Assembly: GCA_026770705.1 (NCBI GenBank)
Contig: JANJGN010000034.1
Location: forward strand, 5,456,001 to 5,520,000
Direction of reading: 5' to 3'
DNA length: 64,000 nucleotides
DNA from: Isurus oxyrinchus
Taxonomy: Eukaryota
Of the stretch, positions 27,061 to 41,019 are shown one piece after another. The first letter of the stretch is position 1; the number at the start of each line of letters is the position of its first letter. A program made the translations under genes and the position numbers. The notes below the pieces were generated by a model, which ran no database searches, had not been told where the DNA came from, and saw nothing but the letters and a program-made list of their open reading frames with translations.

Positions 27061-27205
27061 ATGAGCAAATGTCTTTTCTATGAGGTGCAGAGGAGAAACG
27101 GAACAATAGTTGTTGCCATCGTTGTCGTCGGTTTATTCTTATTAAGGGTCATAATCCTTCCATTATGGCTTATTCTGGATGCTTCCCAATCTTCCTCCAG
27201 ATCAG
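27061..27205 (+). CDS. Candidate alternative first exon of gene B encoding a signal-anchor/TM segment
   Basis: ATG after in-frame stop; MSKCLFYEVQRRNGT-IVVAIVVVGLFLLRVIILPLWLIL-DASQSSSRS; phase-1 donor TCAG|gtgcag in frame with exon 27602. Confidence 0.35.
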
Positions 27206-27601
27206 GTGCAGCACACCATTATTTGTGAATTCACACACTGCAGCTTCTTCACCTGGAGATTGTGCGAATAACTACTTTTTTTAAGTTGATAAAGTTTCAA
27301 AGATCCAAGGCCTGACGTGTGAAGATGCTGACAGGCACTATTGCGACTGATGTAATAATCTGTGTAATATCACGACGCACCCGCCATGACGGCAATGGAA
27401 ATGTAGATTGAGGGGCTGCAAAATCCAACATCCCCTGTTTAACACTCCGATTACACACAGAGAAAGATATTTCATTTTAAACTTGTTATGTCAAAGATAT
27501 CATAACAATGGCTTGGTTTAAATGTATTAAAATCAACAGAGATGCCTGCTTAATCCACAGTGCGCATGGCTGATATATTTACTGCTTGTTATTGATTACA
27601 G

Positions 27602-27628
27602 ACGACAAGCTGAAAGCGAAAGATGAAG
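27602..27628 (+). CDS. Gene B micro-exon (27 nt), DDKLKAKDE
   Basis: cttgttattgattacag|ACGACAAGCTGAAAGCGAAAGATGAAG|gtaaaa. Confidence 0.85.
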
Positions 27629-29909
27629 GTAAAATGAGGGTAACCAGCAGATACAAGGGCAATTGAAACAGAATCGAAGAGTGATTTCAAAATGAAATTG
27701 GCTGGGCACTTAATGGAAACAAAATTCGTTGATGACGCAATGAAGCAGTTGTACAAGAATAATGCGATTGTGCAATAGATAGATGGCAGGAGCTCTATCG
27801 GCTAAATGGCCTCTTTATCTATCCTGAAGTCAGGATAATCAATCAATCTAGGGATAAAGCAGAAAATATATTTAATTCATGCACTTGCTGAAATAACACT
27901 AGTATAATTTTTGACTGTTGGATAATACAGAAGCAATGTGGACAGGTTGTTTAAATTTGTAGCTAGTCTATGAGAGGGGAGAATGTACATTGGCTGTGGA
28001 GAAGTTGATCTAGTTGGTTAGAGATTGTGATTTGCGTGCCCGTGGCCTTGATCTACTGTTAGGAAGCACACACCATGAAAAAAAGGTGCGAGCAGAGCAA
28101 ACCAATGTCCCACAGATCAATAACTATCGCTTTTAAACCCACTTAAACTGCTAGAATTTAAATTAAAATTATATTTAAAATGTTCGATTTAAAGCAGCTA
28201 ATCTCTCAAATGGTGACGTCAAACTCTAATCGATTGCCGTTAGAACTGAGTTGCTTCACTAATATACTTCACAGAATGAACTTTGTCATCCTAACCCGAT
28301 CATGTGACTACTTGTGACTGCATCAAGTCTGAATTCTCAGACATGACTTCTGCCTTCATGAATTAATCTTCATTTTGGCATCCAGTCTGGTCATCGCTGC
28401 TTACCTGATAAGGGCTCCTGATTCAATTAGAATATATAGGATATCTGGTTACCCTTGTAATGTTAACCACCAATCATTTTGTCCTTTTACAGCTCGCATT
28501 TAGTTTATCACTTCATGTCTGTTGTTTATATGCTCAAATGTTTCTTCCGTATCTTTCCTATCCACTATCCATCATACACAAGCATTTCAAACGCCATCAT
28601 TATTCATAGTTTATTTTCATCTAGAAATGTATGGATTTTATTTGCCTAAATTCCCCTAGGCTCTCCTCCGCGCATTACCTCTGGGGCTGACGTCAATTTT
28701 TCCTCTACATGTTCGAGAGTCGATTTTAGAATCCCATTCAACCAGTTCCAGTTATGAATTTTAGCACTTTTCTTGGAAAGGAAAAGACAAACAAACGTGT
28801 TGGGATTATAACTTTCCATGTAAGGTTATACAATTGACAACATGGTTTTGCTAAATTGCTTTAGAAATGTGTTTTTCCGTAAAGCAGGAAATATTGTATC
28901 ATTGCTCAGTTAAAGAATGCGGAAAAGACCTGGGACTCAACTGTGCAAATGTGACAGGTGAACAGTGCGATTCTATCATTTTTGGCTTGTTCGACCAAAG
29001 TTTTGTCCAGAATAAACGAACGAAAGTCATGCTTTTTTTGTGACTGTGCTACAATTCGGAAGCGGCTCTTTTGCCAAAGCGAAAATTCGATTAGAAAGCC
29101 AGCTTTAAGATAATAATAAAAAGTTCCACTTGACTGTGCACTTGAAGGGAAAAGTGATACTGAACTTGGAATGAATTGTGACTGATCAGCGGTTGCTACA
29201 GAAAACGCATTAGAATTCATCCGCATTCACAGTGTCTCGGATAATGAACTTAGCAGATATAACAATCAAACGCAACAATTGGCTTTGGGAGAGGACATCA
29301 ATTCCGTTCTAAAGCGTTGTACCATCCAATACGTTCATGTTTGTATCATACAATACGTTGATACCACCGTGGCCTATATGCCTTCATTCACCGGGAGGCT
29401 AAGGCATGACCTTCGCACCCTGAATTGTCTTCAAGCATGGATCATCAACAAACTACCAGGAAAAAAAGAATTTCAAAAATTCCCAACATTTTTAGTGAAG
29501 AAATATATTCTCAACTGAGTGTTAAATGATTGGCCTCATATCCCGGGGATATGCACATTCACTCCTCCGCAATTTCCATTCTCATAATTTCTCCACTTGG
29601 GGAACCAGCTTCTTACCATCTATCGTAATAACCTGCTTTCAGGTTATTGTTCCAGGCTTCAGTGAGAGCACATCTCGTTTTTCTAAACTAGAAGCTATGA
29701 TGTTGAGCAGGAGAATCTGCTCCTCAAATAGAGAGCAAAATCTCACTGTATCGACTCTAACAAAACTTTTCATAATTTAATATTTTGCTTTTATTAATCC
29801 TTTATCAGGAATAAAAGTGAAACCAATAACTTAGTTTTTTTCCCCTGTCATCTACGTAGTTGAAAGTGTTTACAATCTACCTATCATACTTCTGAATTTG
29901 CCCCGAGAG

Positions 29910-30035
29910 TTATATTATTATTATTATCATCATCACCATCATTAATATTATTATTAACAGTAATAGTGATAGTAGTAGTTAGTAGCAGGGTAATTGTGGC
30001 AGTTGTAGTAGGAGTAGTAGTGATGGTAGCAGTAG
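29910..30035. repeat. Degenerate trinucleotide tract (TAT/CAT then TAG/CAG)
   Basis: tattattattattatcatcatcaccatc..agtagtagttagtagcagg..gtagtaggagtagtagt. Confidence 0.8.
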
Positions 30036-30809
30036 TCGGGCTACCTTGTTAAAATGTGGTGCAACTTTTAGTGACTCATGCATTCTTAAACTGAGATCAC
30101 TTTGCACCTGTACCTGAAATGCGTTGGGCATTCATTATCTACAAAAAAAAATTGAAGCTAACTCTCCATAACATTCACTGACATTTTGCCTTAGACCCCA
30201 ATATCATCGTTCTGGACATTACAATTGTCCAGAGAATGAATTGTGTCAGTCATTTGAATATTGTGGCTACTAAAGACTTTGAGCGGCAGGGGATACAGCT
30301 GAGAGTGCCTTTACAAATTCTGCCCAACATTTACAAGGTACAATTCAGTGGTGTAATGCAATATGCTGTAGGGGCTGAATCTGTGCATCTCCAACAACAT
30401 TGAGTAAACGTGGTACCAGACAGCATGTAGCAGGTGCCAAATTATACATTCACCCCCGACGTACGGTGGCAGCTGTGGGTACAATATACAGGATTCGTTG
30501 CAGCAACTCTTCAAGCTTCATTCGATAACACCTCCAAGTTCATTACCTAGAAGCAGAAGTACTCCAGGCGCTTGGAACACAATATGGCCTGCACCTTATC
30601 TTAAAAGCCATACACACTTCTGAAATGAGACGTTTTTGCCATTCCTGCTATGTCGCTGAATCAAATTTCTAAAAATCCATTCCAAAACCTGGCCCATCTG
30701 CATTAGATGCATCTTTCTGGTTCTTGAAGGCCACACCAGCCTCACGCTGTCTCAGACCAGTTAAGAATGGGAGACAAAACGTGGCCCTGGGCTGGAGCAT
30801 ACCGATTCA

Positions 30810-32900
30810 ATAAAATCAATTGTGTAAATCAGCCTTGCATCTTCTAAATAACAATGATTCGAAACAATTTACAACACTTCACATTGATCAGCATCGATCT
30901 CTATATGGCAATTGTTCGGAATCCTGGATGTTTATTACTGTTCTAAAGCAACATGCTGTACTCCTCCCAAATATTGACGATGCTCAAAGGATCGGTTTGC
31001 TCTTATCTCCACATTCAGTTACAGTGATTTTGATTTGAAAGTCCAACATTTAGATGCAAACATTAGTGGTCACAACAATTTTCCTTGTGAAACTCTTCTC
31101 TTCTTTTCCAAAAAGAATAGCTACGTCCTCCGACTCTACATCTTGAAAAAAAAATGGCACGCATCCTTTAGCTTGACTAGGGTGTCGACATCCACAGGCT
31201 TTACTCAGGATGATGTTTTGGTCTAAATTTCCAAAGGCTTTTTGAAAATGCAGATCAAGCATCTCTGTCGCATTTCCATTTACAACTCGCTCTCTGCACT
31301 GTGATAATTCAAACAAACACATTTCCCTTTTGAAACCTTTGATAGCTATTCAGTGTTACATTATTCGTTGCTAATTTATATTCCACTGTCCCTATTAAAT
31401 ATTGCTCATTTTCTTTTTGCCCTGCCATTATCTTCCTAGTGACTGCCCAATAATTCCCAGTGTATATTGACCCCGCACCCCTTTCTAAAACATTCAAATA
31501 GGTATCTGCCAGTCCTATGGCACAACTTTTTTTATTTCAAACAGTTTTTTGATTTACGTGCAGTCACGGCTCAACTGTATCTCCCTTATATCTGTATCTA
31601 GTGGATCAATACTATGCTGCTGGGCTGGATATTACTCCGACCCCCTGCCCCCCACCCCCACCCCCCACCACCCACCGAGTTCCTTTATAGAATCAACACA
31701 AATAATTTATATTTTCTTTGCTAAACTTATTTAGTTGCTTTTGTATTCATTCAATATCATATCCAGCTTTTCTACCTCCTTTCTAAATAGAGAGTGGAAT
31801 ATGTATTTAAAAATTCTGCCACCTGTCTATCGTTGCTACGATTGTTAATCTGCCGAGCCATTCACCACCTCCTTGCAAATACATCATTCAAAATAATATA
31901 ATACTGAACTTTTGTATTTGTTCTGTCTTCTAATGTATTTTCTTTAATATTAGACATTCTGTTATATCATGCATTATTGTGTTCAATATGCCTCTTTCTG
32001 AACAATAACTGGTTCTCTTATGTATTTCTTCATTAATGGTGTGTCAGTAATGTTTAAATTATTCTATCATTTAGGAAATTGTAATTCAATGTGCTCTGTT
32101 AAACATTGTTTCATCTGTTTATCAATGTTGTTCTATACCGTCCTTTGATGATGTTGCTGTTGGCGTATGTTTCTCAAATTCTATTCCAAGCCACTCAAAA
32201 TAAAGTTTTCTCACTTCCATAAACCAGGCTTTGAACGCGCTTATGAGCTTTTCAATTACAACTTTAAAGCGTTTTCTAACATGTTCACAACTGCTTGCAT
32301 CTGGAAAAGGTAGAAGCAAAATACGGACTCGAAACCTTCACACTTTTCAATCTGTTTCTCTTTCCAAAGATGCTGCCATGCTGCTGAGTTTTAATGACCT
32401 TCTCTTGTTTTCATGCCTGCAGTCGTCCAGTTTTTACCTCTCTTGACCCCACTATTACCTCCTCATTGGTAGATAGGACAATGAATCCCCCTGTGTGTGT
32501 TTGTGTGCGCTTGTTTTAAAATCTAGATGGGAAACGAGTTTGTACACATTTTAAGATCTCGACTTCTTCATTTCTTCTGAACTACTTTGTCTGCATCTCC
32601 ATTACATTTAATATCGAGAGGTGAAACATACTATACTTATTGGTCTGCATTTTTTCCCCCAATTTCTGAATTTTCCTGAATATTAATTCACCAACCTCCA
32701 TTTCATTATTAGTTGACCGGTAGACAACAAACCTTAGAGTCATCGGCATTTTTTTCAAAACATTCTCTCTCCATATGGATTTGCGTCTGTTTTGCCAATA
32801 GTTCTGTTGCTTCCTCGACTGCCATATGTAATAATACTGATGGTCTGGCTCATTGGTAGATGTCATATATTTCATCGAAAAATGTCACACACTGTAATAA
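30810..32900 (-). mobile_element. Old CR1-like LINE remnant(s)
   Basis: Minus ORF 31050-31322 contains LDLHFQKAFG, matching the CR1 RT motif YLDFQKAFD. Confidence 0.55.
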
Positions 32901-33319
32901 TTAATCCATATTTATGATGTTTCCCATGTCATGTCTCAGTAATCGATATTATGATTGGTAGTCTCCAAAGCACAGAGTTTCATCTGCTTCCACAGTTTCT
33001 TCCGAAGGCTGCATGTTCAGCCATACAAGCAATTCACTCGCTTAAGCAAATTTCCTGCCATTTTATAAACACCAGTTTTATAGCTGATTTTATTCCCATA
33101 GCATCATTTCTCTCCTTTATGTCTTGCTTTATTCCCTAATCGTTTGATATTTAGGCTTCATTTGGTCCATGTATATGCATTTCTTAATCTTACTTGATAA
33201 AATTCGTTGCCACATAAACATGTATCGCTTTTGTTAAAACTCGTGTCACATTCTGCTTCAGGACGAGTCTGGTAAATAGGCATACGTTCTCGGTGTTCCA
33301 GAAAATCCGCAGTGTTCTA

Positions 33320-33690
33320 TGGTGGTGGTACAGTGGCGTACTCACTGGGGTATATATTCCAGAGACCTTTGGGACATGGGTTTGTATCCCATCAAGGCAG
33401 ATGGTGAAATTTATCTTCAATACAAATATGGAATTAAAATTCTGAACATGACTAAGAAACCATTGTCGCTTATTGATTAAAAAAAAAAACACACACATCT
33501 GGTTCACTAATATACCGTGATGGAAATAAATCTGCTATACTCACTGGGTCTGGCCTACATGTGATTCCAGACGACGGTAATATAGTTTGCAATTAAATAT
33601 CCTCTGAACTAGCACAATTAGTGTTGGGCAATAAATGCTGGCCTAGCCAGCAGCACCTACATCTCATGAACGAATACAAAAACAAGGAAG
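33320..33690 (+). mobile_element. tRNA-derived SINE with Deu-like core (SacSINE1/DeuSINE-like)
   Basis: A-box-like ggtggtacagtgg, B-box-like gggtttgtatccc, core catctggttcactaat..ggaa..atctgc..tctggcctacatgtga, LINE-shared tail gggcaataaatgctggcctagccagc. Confidence 0.7.
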
Positions 33691-36099
33691 AACTCAGTTT
33701 GGAGGAAACCAGGATAGCACATTATCCCTTAACTGTGGAGAAAAAACTTCTCACAGTGTCCCAAGTGCGGTTTCACAAGAGATCACTGCAACTCTATTTT
33801 TGTAATTCAACACATTTTCCTTAAAGACTAAAATGTGAATTCCTTTCCTCATTGTTTGATATACTTTTTATGCTAACTAGCAACTTTCCTTGTACAAGCC
33901 AAGTTCTTCCAAAGATATAAAAAAAAGTGAAATGTACGCCTTTGCTAAATTGCATTTTTTTTATATTCTTTCTGTTAACCTTTTGGCAAAACATGGATAG
34001 GGGAAATGCTGGATACAACGACAACTAATGTGATGCATTAATATGGCATTGCACGTTTGCAGGAAATCAGTTGAAGCATGTGGGAAATTAAGGTTGGGAA
34101 AGCATAAATGGGGGCAAGTAACACATTTCTCCTGAGGCTGTCTCTTGAACAAAAGTATGGCAGAAAACCGTTATAATTTAACACCAACAGCCCTATGTTT
34201 GTTTCAGTCGTCTTAGTTTTCTTATTCAATATGAAAAAAGGCCTGTCCTAAATTGTGGCATTAGTCTGCGAGAACTGATTATCACTTTAAAGAAACTTAC
34301 CAAAAACAGGAAGAACAAAGCAACTGCGATTACAAATATGCAGACAGGGCAAGTGTCAAATGACAGTGGTGGCCCAGGTTTAGATTGCACTTTGGTGCTA
34401 GTGATGATTTGGATCGATTGACGTTTGACCTGAGACTACAAAATATTCCGTCTGAAACCTGAGTCACCTAGATAGATTACCCACATCCAAGAAGCTGATT
34501 GAGGCATTGCTTTTCTCACCTAGTCGGTATATCACAGCAAACAGGTATCTCCTACAGCGTTGCAGAAGACGATAGAAAAGGAAAGAAATGCAAGTAAAGG
34601 GGTAAGTATGGAGAGCACACGCTGTGCTCACTCGCATTTGTTGCAGTTGTGCAAATATCATTTGAGACTTTTTCCACTACCTGGTTAGTTTTCTAAATTA
34701 TTATTAAGAACTTTCATTTGACTGAAGGTTTCCACATCCAATAGAATTCTCGGGAGGCTGTACACACTTTAACAATTTTAAGAAATTACTGCATAGCAGC
34801 TGACGGGTGGCAAAACAATCAACAGTGCTAAAGTGAATTGACCCACAATATGCTAAAAAAAATAAAGCAGCAATTTGCTCTGTCTACTCAACCTAACGGG
34901 TGTTATATTTTGTTTTGGAAGCATCCTTTTTGCGTTTGAAATTTCGTTGAAATTCGTCCTCATTATTGAGATACATTGTTTGCAGTTAAGCAGATTGACA
35001 AGGATGAAAACATCAGGAGAGACAAATAGCAGCAAAATTGGATGCTGGAATGTTCCACAGTGGCAGATTTTTGTGACCACAGACATCTTGATAAACCTTC
35101 GTATCCGTGGCATTAGAGCTTGCCAGATGGATCGCTGACAATATACTAAACAATGATGTTTGCTTTGCGGAACATGGCTCACTGATGGAGTTTGGATCAG
35201 GTAACAAATACTTTTGGTCAAGTAAGTGAAATAAGAAATTTAACAACATTTTACAATAGTTCCCTTAATTGTTAATAAGACAACTGCCAGCAGGTTTCAG
35301 AAATTACGCGATGATAATCATGATCCACTCCTTTCCAAATCGAGGAAAGTCTTCCTTTGGCTGCAATCAGCATATATGGTAGTTTCTCCAAGCCGATGCG
35401 TTAACAGAAGAAGGATTTAAAAAAAAAACGTATTAGTGATATTGCACTGCATGGCCGTTTCAGGGCGGACCAACATTTATTTCCAATCCCTAGTTTCGCT
35501 TGTGAAAGTGGTGCTGAGCTGACTGCTTGAACAGTTCCAGTCCATGAGTAGCAGGAATGCTCACACTGCTGATCAGGTGGAACATACTGAATTTTGATCT
35601 AGCAACATTGACGCAAGGGCAAAATGCTTCCAAGTCAGGGTGCTCCGTGTCTGGGAAGATAACTTGAAGATGCTGCGGTTTGCATGTATCTGCGTTCCAT
35701 TTCCTTAAAGGTGCTGGATTTCGACGCTTTAGATGATGTTCCCGAAGGAGCATGCCAAGTTACTGCAGTGCAACTTGGAGCTGGTTCACATTGCTGTCAT
35801 TGTGTGCCAGAGCTGGAGGGGGGGAGTATGCAGATGGTCGATTTTTAACCCGAACCATTCAGTTTAATTTTTAGGTTGCGTCCATGGACGGGCTTATGCT
35901 ATTTGGTGATTTACGAGTTGCATTGTTGTGAACAGGAGGATAGAGGATGTGTAGTGGGCAGCTATTGAACCTGCAACAGTAACGATCAGACAATCATGCT
36001 ATATTTCTGCATGGAGTCTAATGTAAGCATCAATGTTTCTATTTGTCATCACTGAGGCAAAATAAAGGCAGATTCGACGTACTCTCTCGAAAAAATCTA

Positions 36100-37600
36100 T
36101 TGTTACCTTGCTAATTATCTTCCAGTTCTACAGAAAAACAATCACTATTGCTCCGACAAGAAGCTAGTTCTATCGCATTTTGCCAATAGCAGCAAATAAT
36201 TAGCCAAATAAATGCCACTAATAAGGAAAAGTCATGTACATTAAGATTTGTATGAGAAGTAAAAGAGCTTTTCAGTGAAAGCTTCAAGGAGTCAGCGTGA
36301 GCCAAATCATTGATCAAATCTCAGCAGAGGTGCCATCCTACATGAAATCCGTTCTGCAAAAACCAAGTGCAGACGTGGTTGGATTCGAAACCAGAAGAAA
36401 GGACAAAAAAATGATTAAGTTGATGCACATGACGTGGGCGTCCTAAGTTCCTCCATGCAAAAAGCTCCTGCCAAGAAAAAATATGTGCATTCCCTGATGA
36501 TAAACCGACAAATGCTGCTTATGCGGAAGACTAGTTATATCCATAGCTAAGTGCAGAGAAAATGTACTTATTCTCAGAACTCAGCAAGACGTTGCAAATG
36601 TGTAGTGAGGCTGAACATGAAATCTATTCTTTATATTGGGGTGAAGTCCGATGTCCCTCAAAATTCTCAAGAAACTGTGTGAAGGCCAGATAGGCCAGGC
36701 AAAAGCAGGAAGTAACTGTGTTGTTCTGCTAGTGTAACAGAATTTATTGGCAGCAGCTTTTTACTCTATTTCCTTAAGCAGCGTCATGCATAGGGAAAGG
36801 CATGCTTGACAGACGGTATACAAAATTGTGTCGGAGGAAATGGCAGTTTCCCCCAACTGTGACCACTATACAATCCAAAACCAGAGAAGGGCATTCGCTA
36901 GAACTTCTGGTTTATGACGATTCCACTCTCCTGGCCAAGGCAAACAGGGCATAAAGAACCTTTTAAATGTGTTTCCAAAGCAGCAAATGCATTTGTCCAA
37001 ACTATTATCTGAAGAGGAATGAAATGTGTCTAACAGTAGCCGGATGAAAATATGAGATAACAATAAACAGCATTGATTGTAGCAAACTTAATCCAATAGA
37101 ATAGTTCACCAATCATGGTAGAATTATGTCTAATATTAAGTGCCATCACGCAATGAAACAATTCAAGATACAAAAACAGCCCATCCATTGAGTGCATCTC
37201 AAGGCCTGCCCTATGAAAACATTTACTGCGTGTTTCTAAATTAAACAATTATGCAGAGAAGTTGTCATCACGGCCCTCTTGCATGCGCCAGAATCATGTG
37301 CTCTGCACAGAAAACAACTCAATTGCTCGAAACCCGACGTTAAATTTGCATCTGCTGCAACACAGCCAATCTCACTAGAATAGAATGCCCTATCTTATAA
37401 AAGTAACTGTATTAGCCAATAATATTTGATGCATATGAATGGTCGCAGATTGTCAAATGCATTGTTTTCTGCCGAGATATGCTTCAATGCATGTCCAAAG
37501 CGAACCAGTTACGCACTCAAGCATTTTCTGAAAAGGAAAATCCCACTAGCTGAATTTTGCCGATGATTCTGGAAGGAGGAGATTAGATCCAACGACAGCT
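36100..37600 (+). mobile_element. Very degraded RTE-like LINE remnant
   Basis: gttgtcatcacggccctcttgcatgcgccagaatcatg (VVITALLHAPES) resembles RTE VVxxxLLYgcEtW. Confidence 0.4.
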
Positions 37601-39162
37601 GATGTAAAGAAAGAAACAACACCTAAAGGAAATTACAGGTGCCAAACAAAGCGGCATGTGCTGTGAAAGGAAAGCATTGAGGAAGGAAGGATGCTGAAAA
37701 TACAGTCACCCCTTTGAAAGATGAGTTCTTGTGCCAAACCTGCCTGTAACTATGAATTGGAAGAATTGGCTCCTTCATCTCGAACAGTAATGCCAGCATG
37801 GTTTATTTGTTTACATTCACTCATGTAATTTATTTCACTTTATAAAATGATGGTCATTCATGTAAAAGTATTTCCTCACGGACAATTGGCCCACATGACA
37901 CACCTCACTCTTAATCACTTAATTAGTCCTTTTTTGATGAATTGCAAGGAACCAGATCAAGGAAGTTCACCTGGCCAAATTTCAGAATCTGCTTCTTTCT
38001 AAGCCCATAGTGTAAACCATTCAAATATATACTTGCTTGCCTCAGCTCCCCAGCGTTATTTTATTTCTGCATATCTCTACTTTCCCTGCATATTTCTCTC
38101 TATATCTCTCTACAACACCATTTCGAGGTCCACATAGCACACTTAGGACAGTAAATATACGACTGTTGACCATTTTTCTAAATAAAGTTTATCCAACGGA
38201 TTTTCTGCTCCAGCTATCATTATGTTAAGGAACGTCATCTGTGATCCTGTAAATTTTGTGAATTTTGCCATTCGGAATGACTGCCTTCAGCCAGTATATA
38301 TATTAGATCTGCCCAGCCTACATCATGTTGCAATGCATGCAAAATTTTGTTACTGTTTACTTCCTGTATTTAACTCTGTTCCCCATGCATGCTTGCACGA
38401 TATTCGTTTGGAAGCTTTATGGAGTAATACGTTCTAAATTCCAACAGCTCTCCACGTCAACAAGTCCTCACGCATTCCTTAATGTATTTAACATTGATTA
38501 GCATACGTTTATGAGCGCTGAATTCCTGCACTTCAAATTTTACCTACCTCAAATTTTTGTTGCTTTCTGTTTAATATTTAACATTCTTTAAAACAGCAGT
38601 TGGGACCCTCAGCCTTCTCTAGGGGGTGGGGGGGGGGTGTGGGGGTGGGGTGCGAAATATCAGAGCAATAATTATGTCTTGTGGGGGAGGGGCTGGTGCG
38701 TTTTCAGAATGCTGATACCTATCATCTCTTTGTTGGCATCATCGTTGTAGATTTAATTGTTCTTTCATGTTATCTATTTCTTCTCTATCGTATTTGTTTC
38801 CCACATGCTTGTACTAAGAAATCACATCGGAGTCTAACAAATGCTCCATGCAAGTTTAACATCACCTTGTTTGCTTTCGGATTCTATTTCTCATGCAATA
38901 AACTCTTGTCTGATCCAACAGTGAATTTCTTTTGTGCAGAGATTATGCTGCTCAATTTTCCTGTCTCCGAGCCAATGTGTTGCATTTTGTTAGAGAGATA
39001 GTTTCATAATCATTTTATTGAAGTGTTCGAAGACACGAGTGACGCCTGTTTAAAAGCCATGTTCACCATGGGCGCTTCAAAATTTAACTGAAAATTCGTT
39101 TTCCGGTGTATGTGTTGCAAATTAATAACCTCTGTTCATTTTATTTTACATATGAAATACAG

Positions 39163-39198
39163 AAATCAAGCAACTAAAGCAGCAATTAGACGAATGTG
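39163..39198 (+). CDS. Gene B micro-exon (36 nt), EIKQLKQQLDEC
   Basis: ttttacatatgaaatacag|AAATCAAGCAACTAAAGCAGCAATTAGACGAATGTG|gtaaga. Confidence 0.85.
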
Positions 39199-39639
39199 GT
39201 AAGAAATGAATTCATGAACTTTTTTACGATCGCTATTAGACAGGTTTTTGGAGAAAACAAAATCTAGCTGTGGAACCAGGATTTACAAAGTCACTTTGAA
39301 TAATCAATAATACCAAGATCCATCTCAGTTAATTAAAAGCAATCCCATGACTTTCCGCAAACATATGAAACCAAGTTCAATCCCTCTCTTTCCAACGGTC
39401 ACATCCAACTTAACCATATTGGATGGTGAGTCTGATTGAGGGGCAGCTGTATTCCTTCTCACAGCCACTGATATTTTGAAGCCTGACAAGGCACACAACA
39501 ATGAATGGTCTCTCCCTCCGGTCACGCAAATTCTAAATTAGTAACTGAATTAGCATTTATTGGTAGTTAAAGGAGACAGCAGACAATATTATCCCTCAGA
39601 TAATGTGTGCCGAAAATATGGGGTGCTGAATACAGGAAA

Positions 39640-40330
39640 AGATAGAAACATTGAAAATAAGAGCATGAGCAGCCAAATCAGCCCTTCGAACCTGCTTCGC
39701 CATTCATTATGGCCATGGCTGATCATCAAACTCAGTCTGTTGCTCCTACCATCTTCCCATATTCTTTGATCCACTTCGGCCCCAGAGCTTTATCCAAATC
39801 TTTCTTGAAAACACATAATATTTTGGCCTCAACTATTTCTGTGGTAGCGAATTCCACTGGCTCACCACTCTCTGGGTTAAGACTTTTCTCCTCATCTCAG
39901 TGTTAAATGATCTGCCCCGTATCATTAACATGTGACCGCTGGTTTTGGACTCCCCCAACATCGGGAATATTATTCCTGCTTCTACCCTATACTTTCCTTT
40001 TAGAAATTTGTAGCTTTCTATCAGATCACCCCTCATTCTTCTGTATTGCAGCTAATAAAATCCTCACAGACTTAATCTCTCCTCATATGTCAGTCCCACC
40101 ACCCCAGGAATCAATCTGGTAAACCTTTGCTGCACTCGCTCTATTGCAAGAATATCGTTCCTCAGATATGAAGACCAAAACTGCACACAATATTCTACGT
40201 TAGGCCTCGCCAAGGCCGCGTATAATTACAGTAAAGCATCCATTCTCCTGTACTCGAATCCTATCGCTATGAAGGCCAAAATACCATTTGACTTCTTTAC
40301 CGCCTGCTTCACCTGCATGCTTACCTTCAG
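39640..40330 (-). mobile_element. CR1 LINE 3' fragment
   Basis: Minus ORF 39833-40036 RGDLIESYKFLKG..TQRVVSQWNSLP is the typical CR1 ORF2 C-terminus. Confidence 0.9.
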
Positions 40331-41019
40331 CGGTCAAATGGTAAGTGCTGATAGAAGCTGTCAACTTCACAGGATAAAAAACAAGGATAGGCACTAAACG
40401 ACAAAGCAGAAAATAACGAATTACAGGAGAATATAGGCAACCTGATAAATTTGGCCCTCTGACGAGGACGAAATTAATCGCAGACAACCTTTGACATGGA
40501 CAAAGCCGAATCACAATTTAAGCTCAAGAGGGGAAACTTAATATAGACTGCAAAGAAGATAATTTGGCAGCAGGGGATCAAATTCCAGCGTGGCTGCTCG
40601 TGGAGTTCATGAATGCAACGTTTACATTAAACTGTCGCACTGGTAATGCACATGAAGCTACCACATTGCAAAAGTAAGTCCTTTTTTCACTGTTGTCATT
40701 TTGGGAAGATATCTTTCAATCCTATATTCCCTGCCCTATTTGCACCAGGCGATGACCAATGTGCAAGCTGAGCCTGCATTTTCTTTTGCACAATGTCCTT
40801 CACAGACCACGAGGCCAACATGGGCTTTAAAATAATCCCATCGTGGTTACCTGGTTTCCTGATGGTTAAATGATATGTTTCTAAAAATAGAATGCCACCT
40901 CAGGGTCCCATGGTCATGAACAACAAAGAGTCAATGGCAGTTAAAAAAAATAACAATTGTAATCAGGGTTGGGCCTTCCAATGATTTATTTGTGGCAGTG
41001 CAAAGCACGTTGAGGAAAT

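Noticed and set aside
38681-39001. Hydrophobic ORF (FVGIIVVDLIVLSCYLFLLY) as a TM exon before 39163
   Set aside because: Lies in an antisense CR1-like remnant, its acceptor gives phase 0 and the donor is weak.
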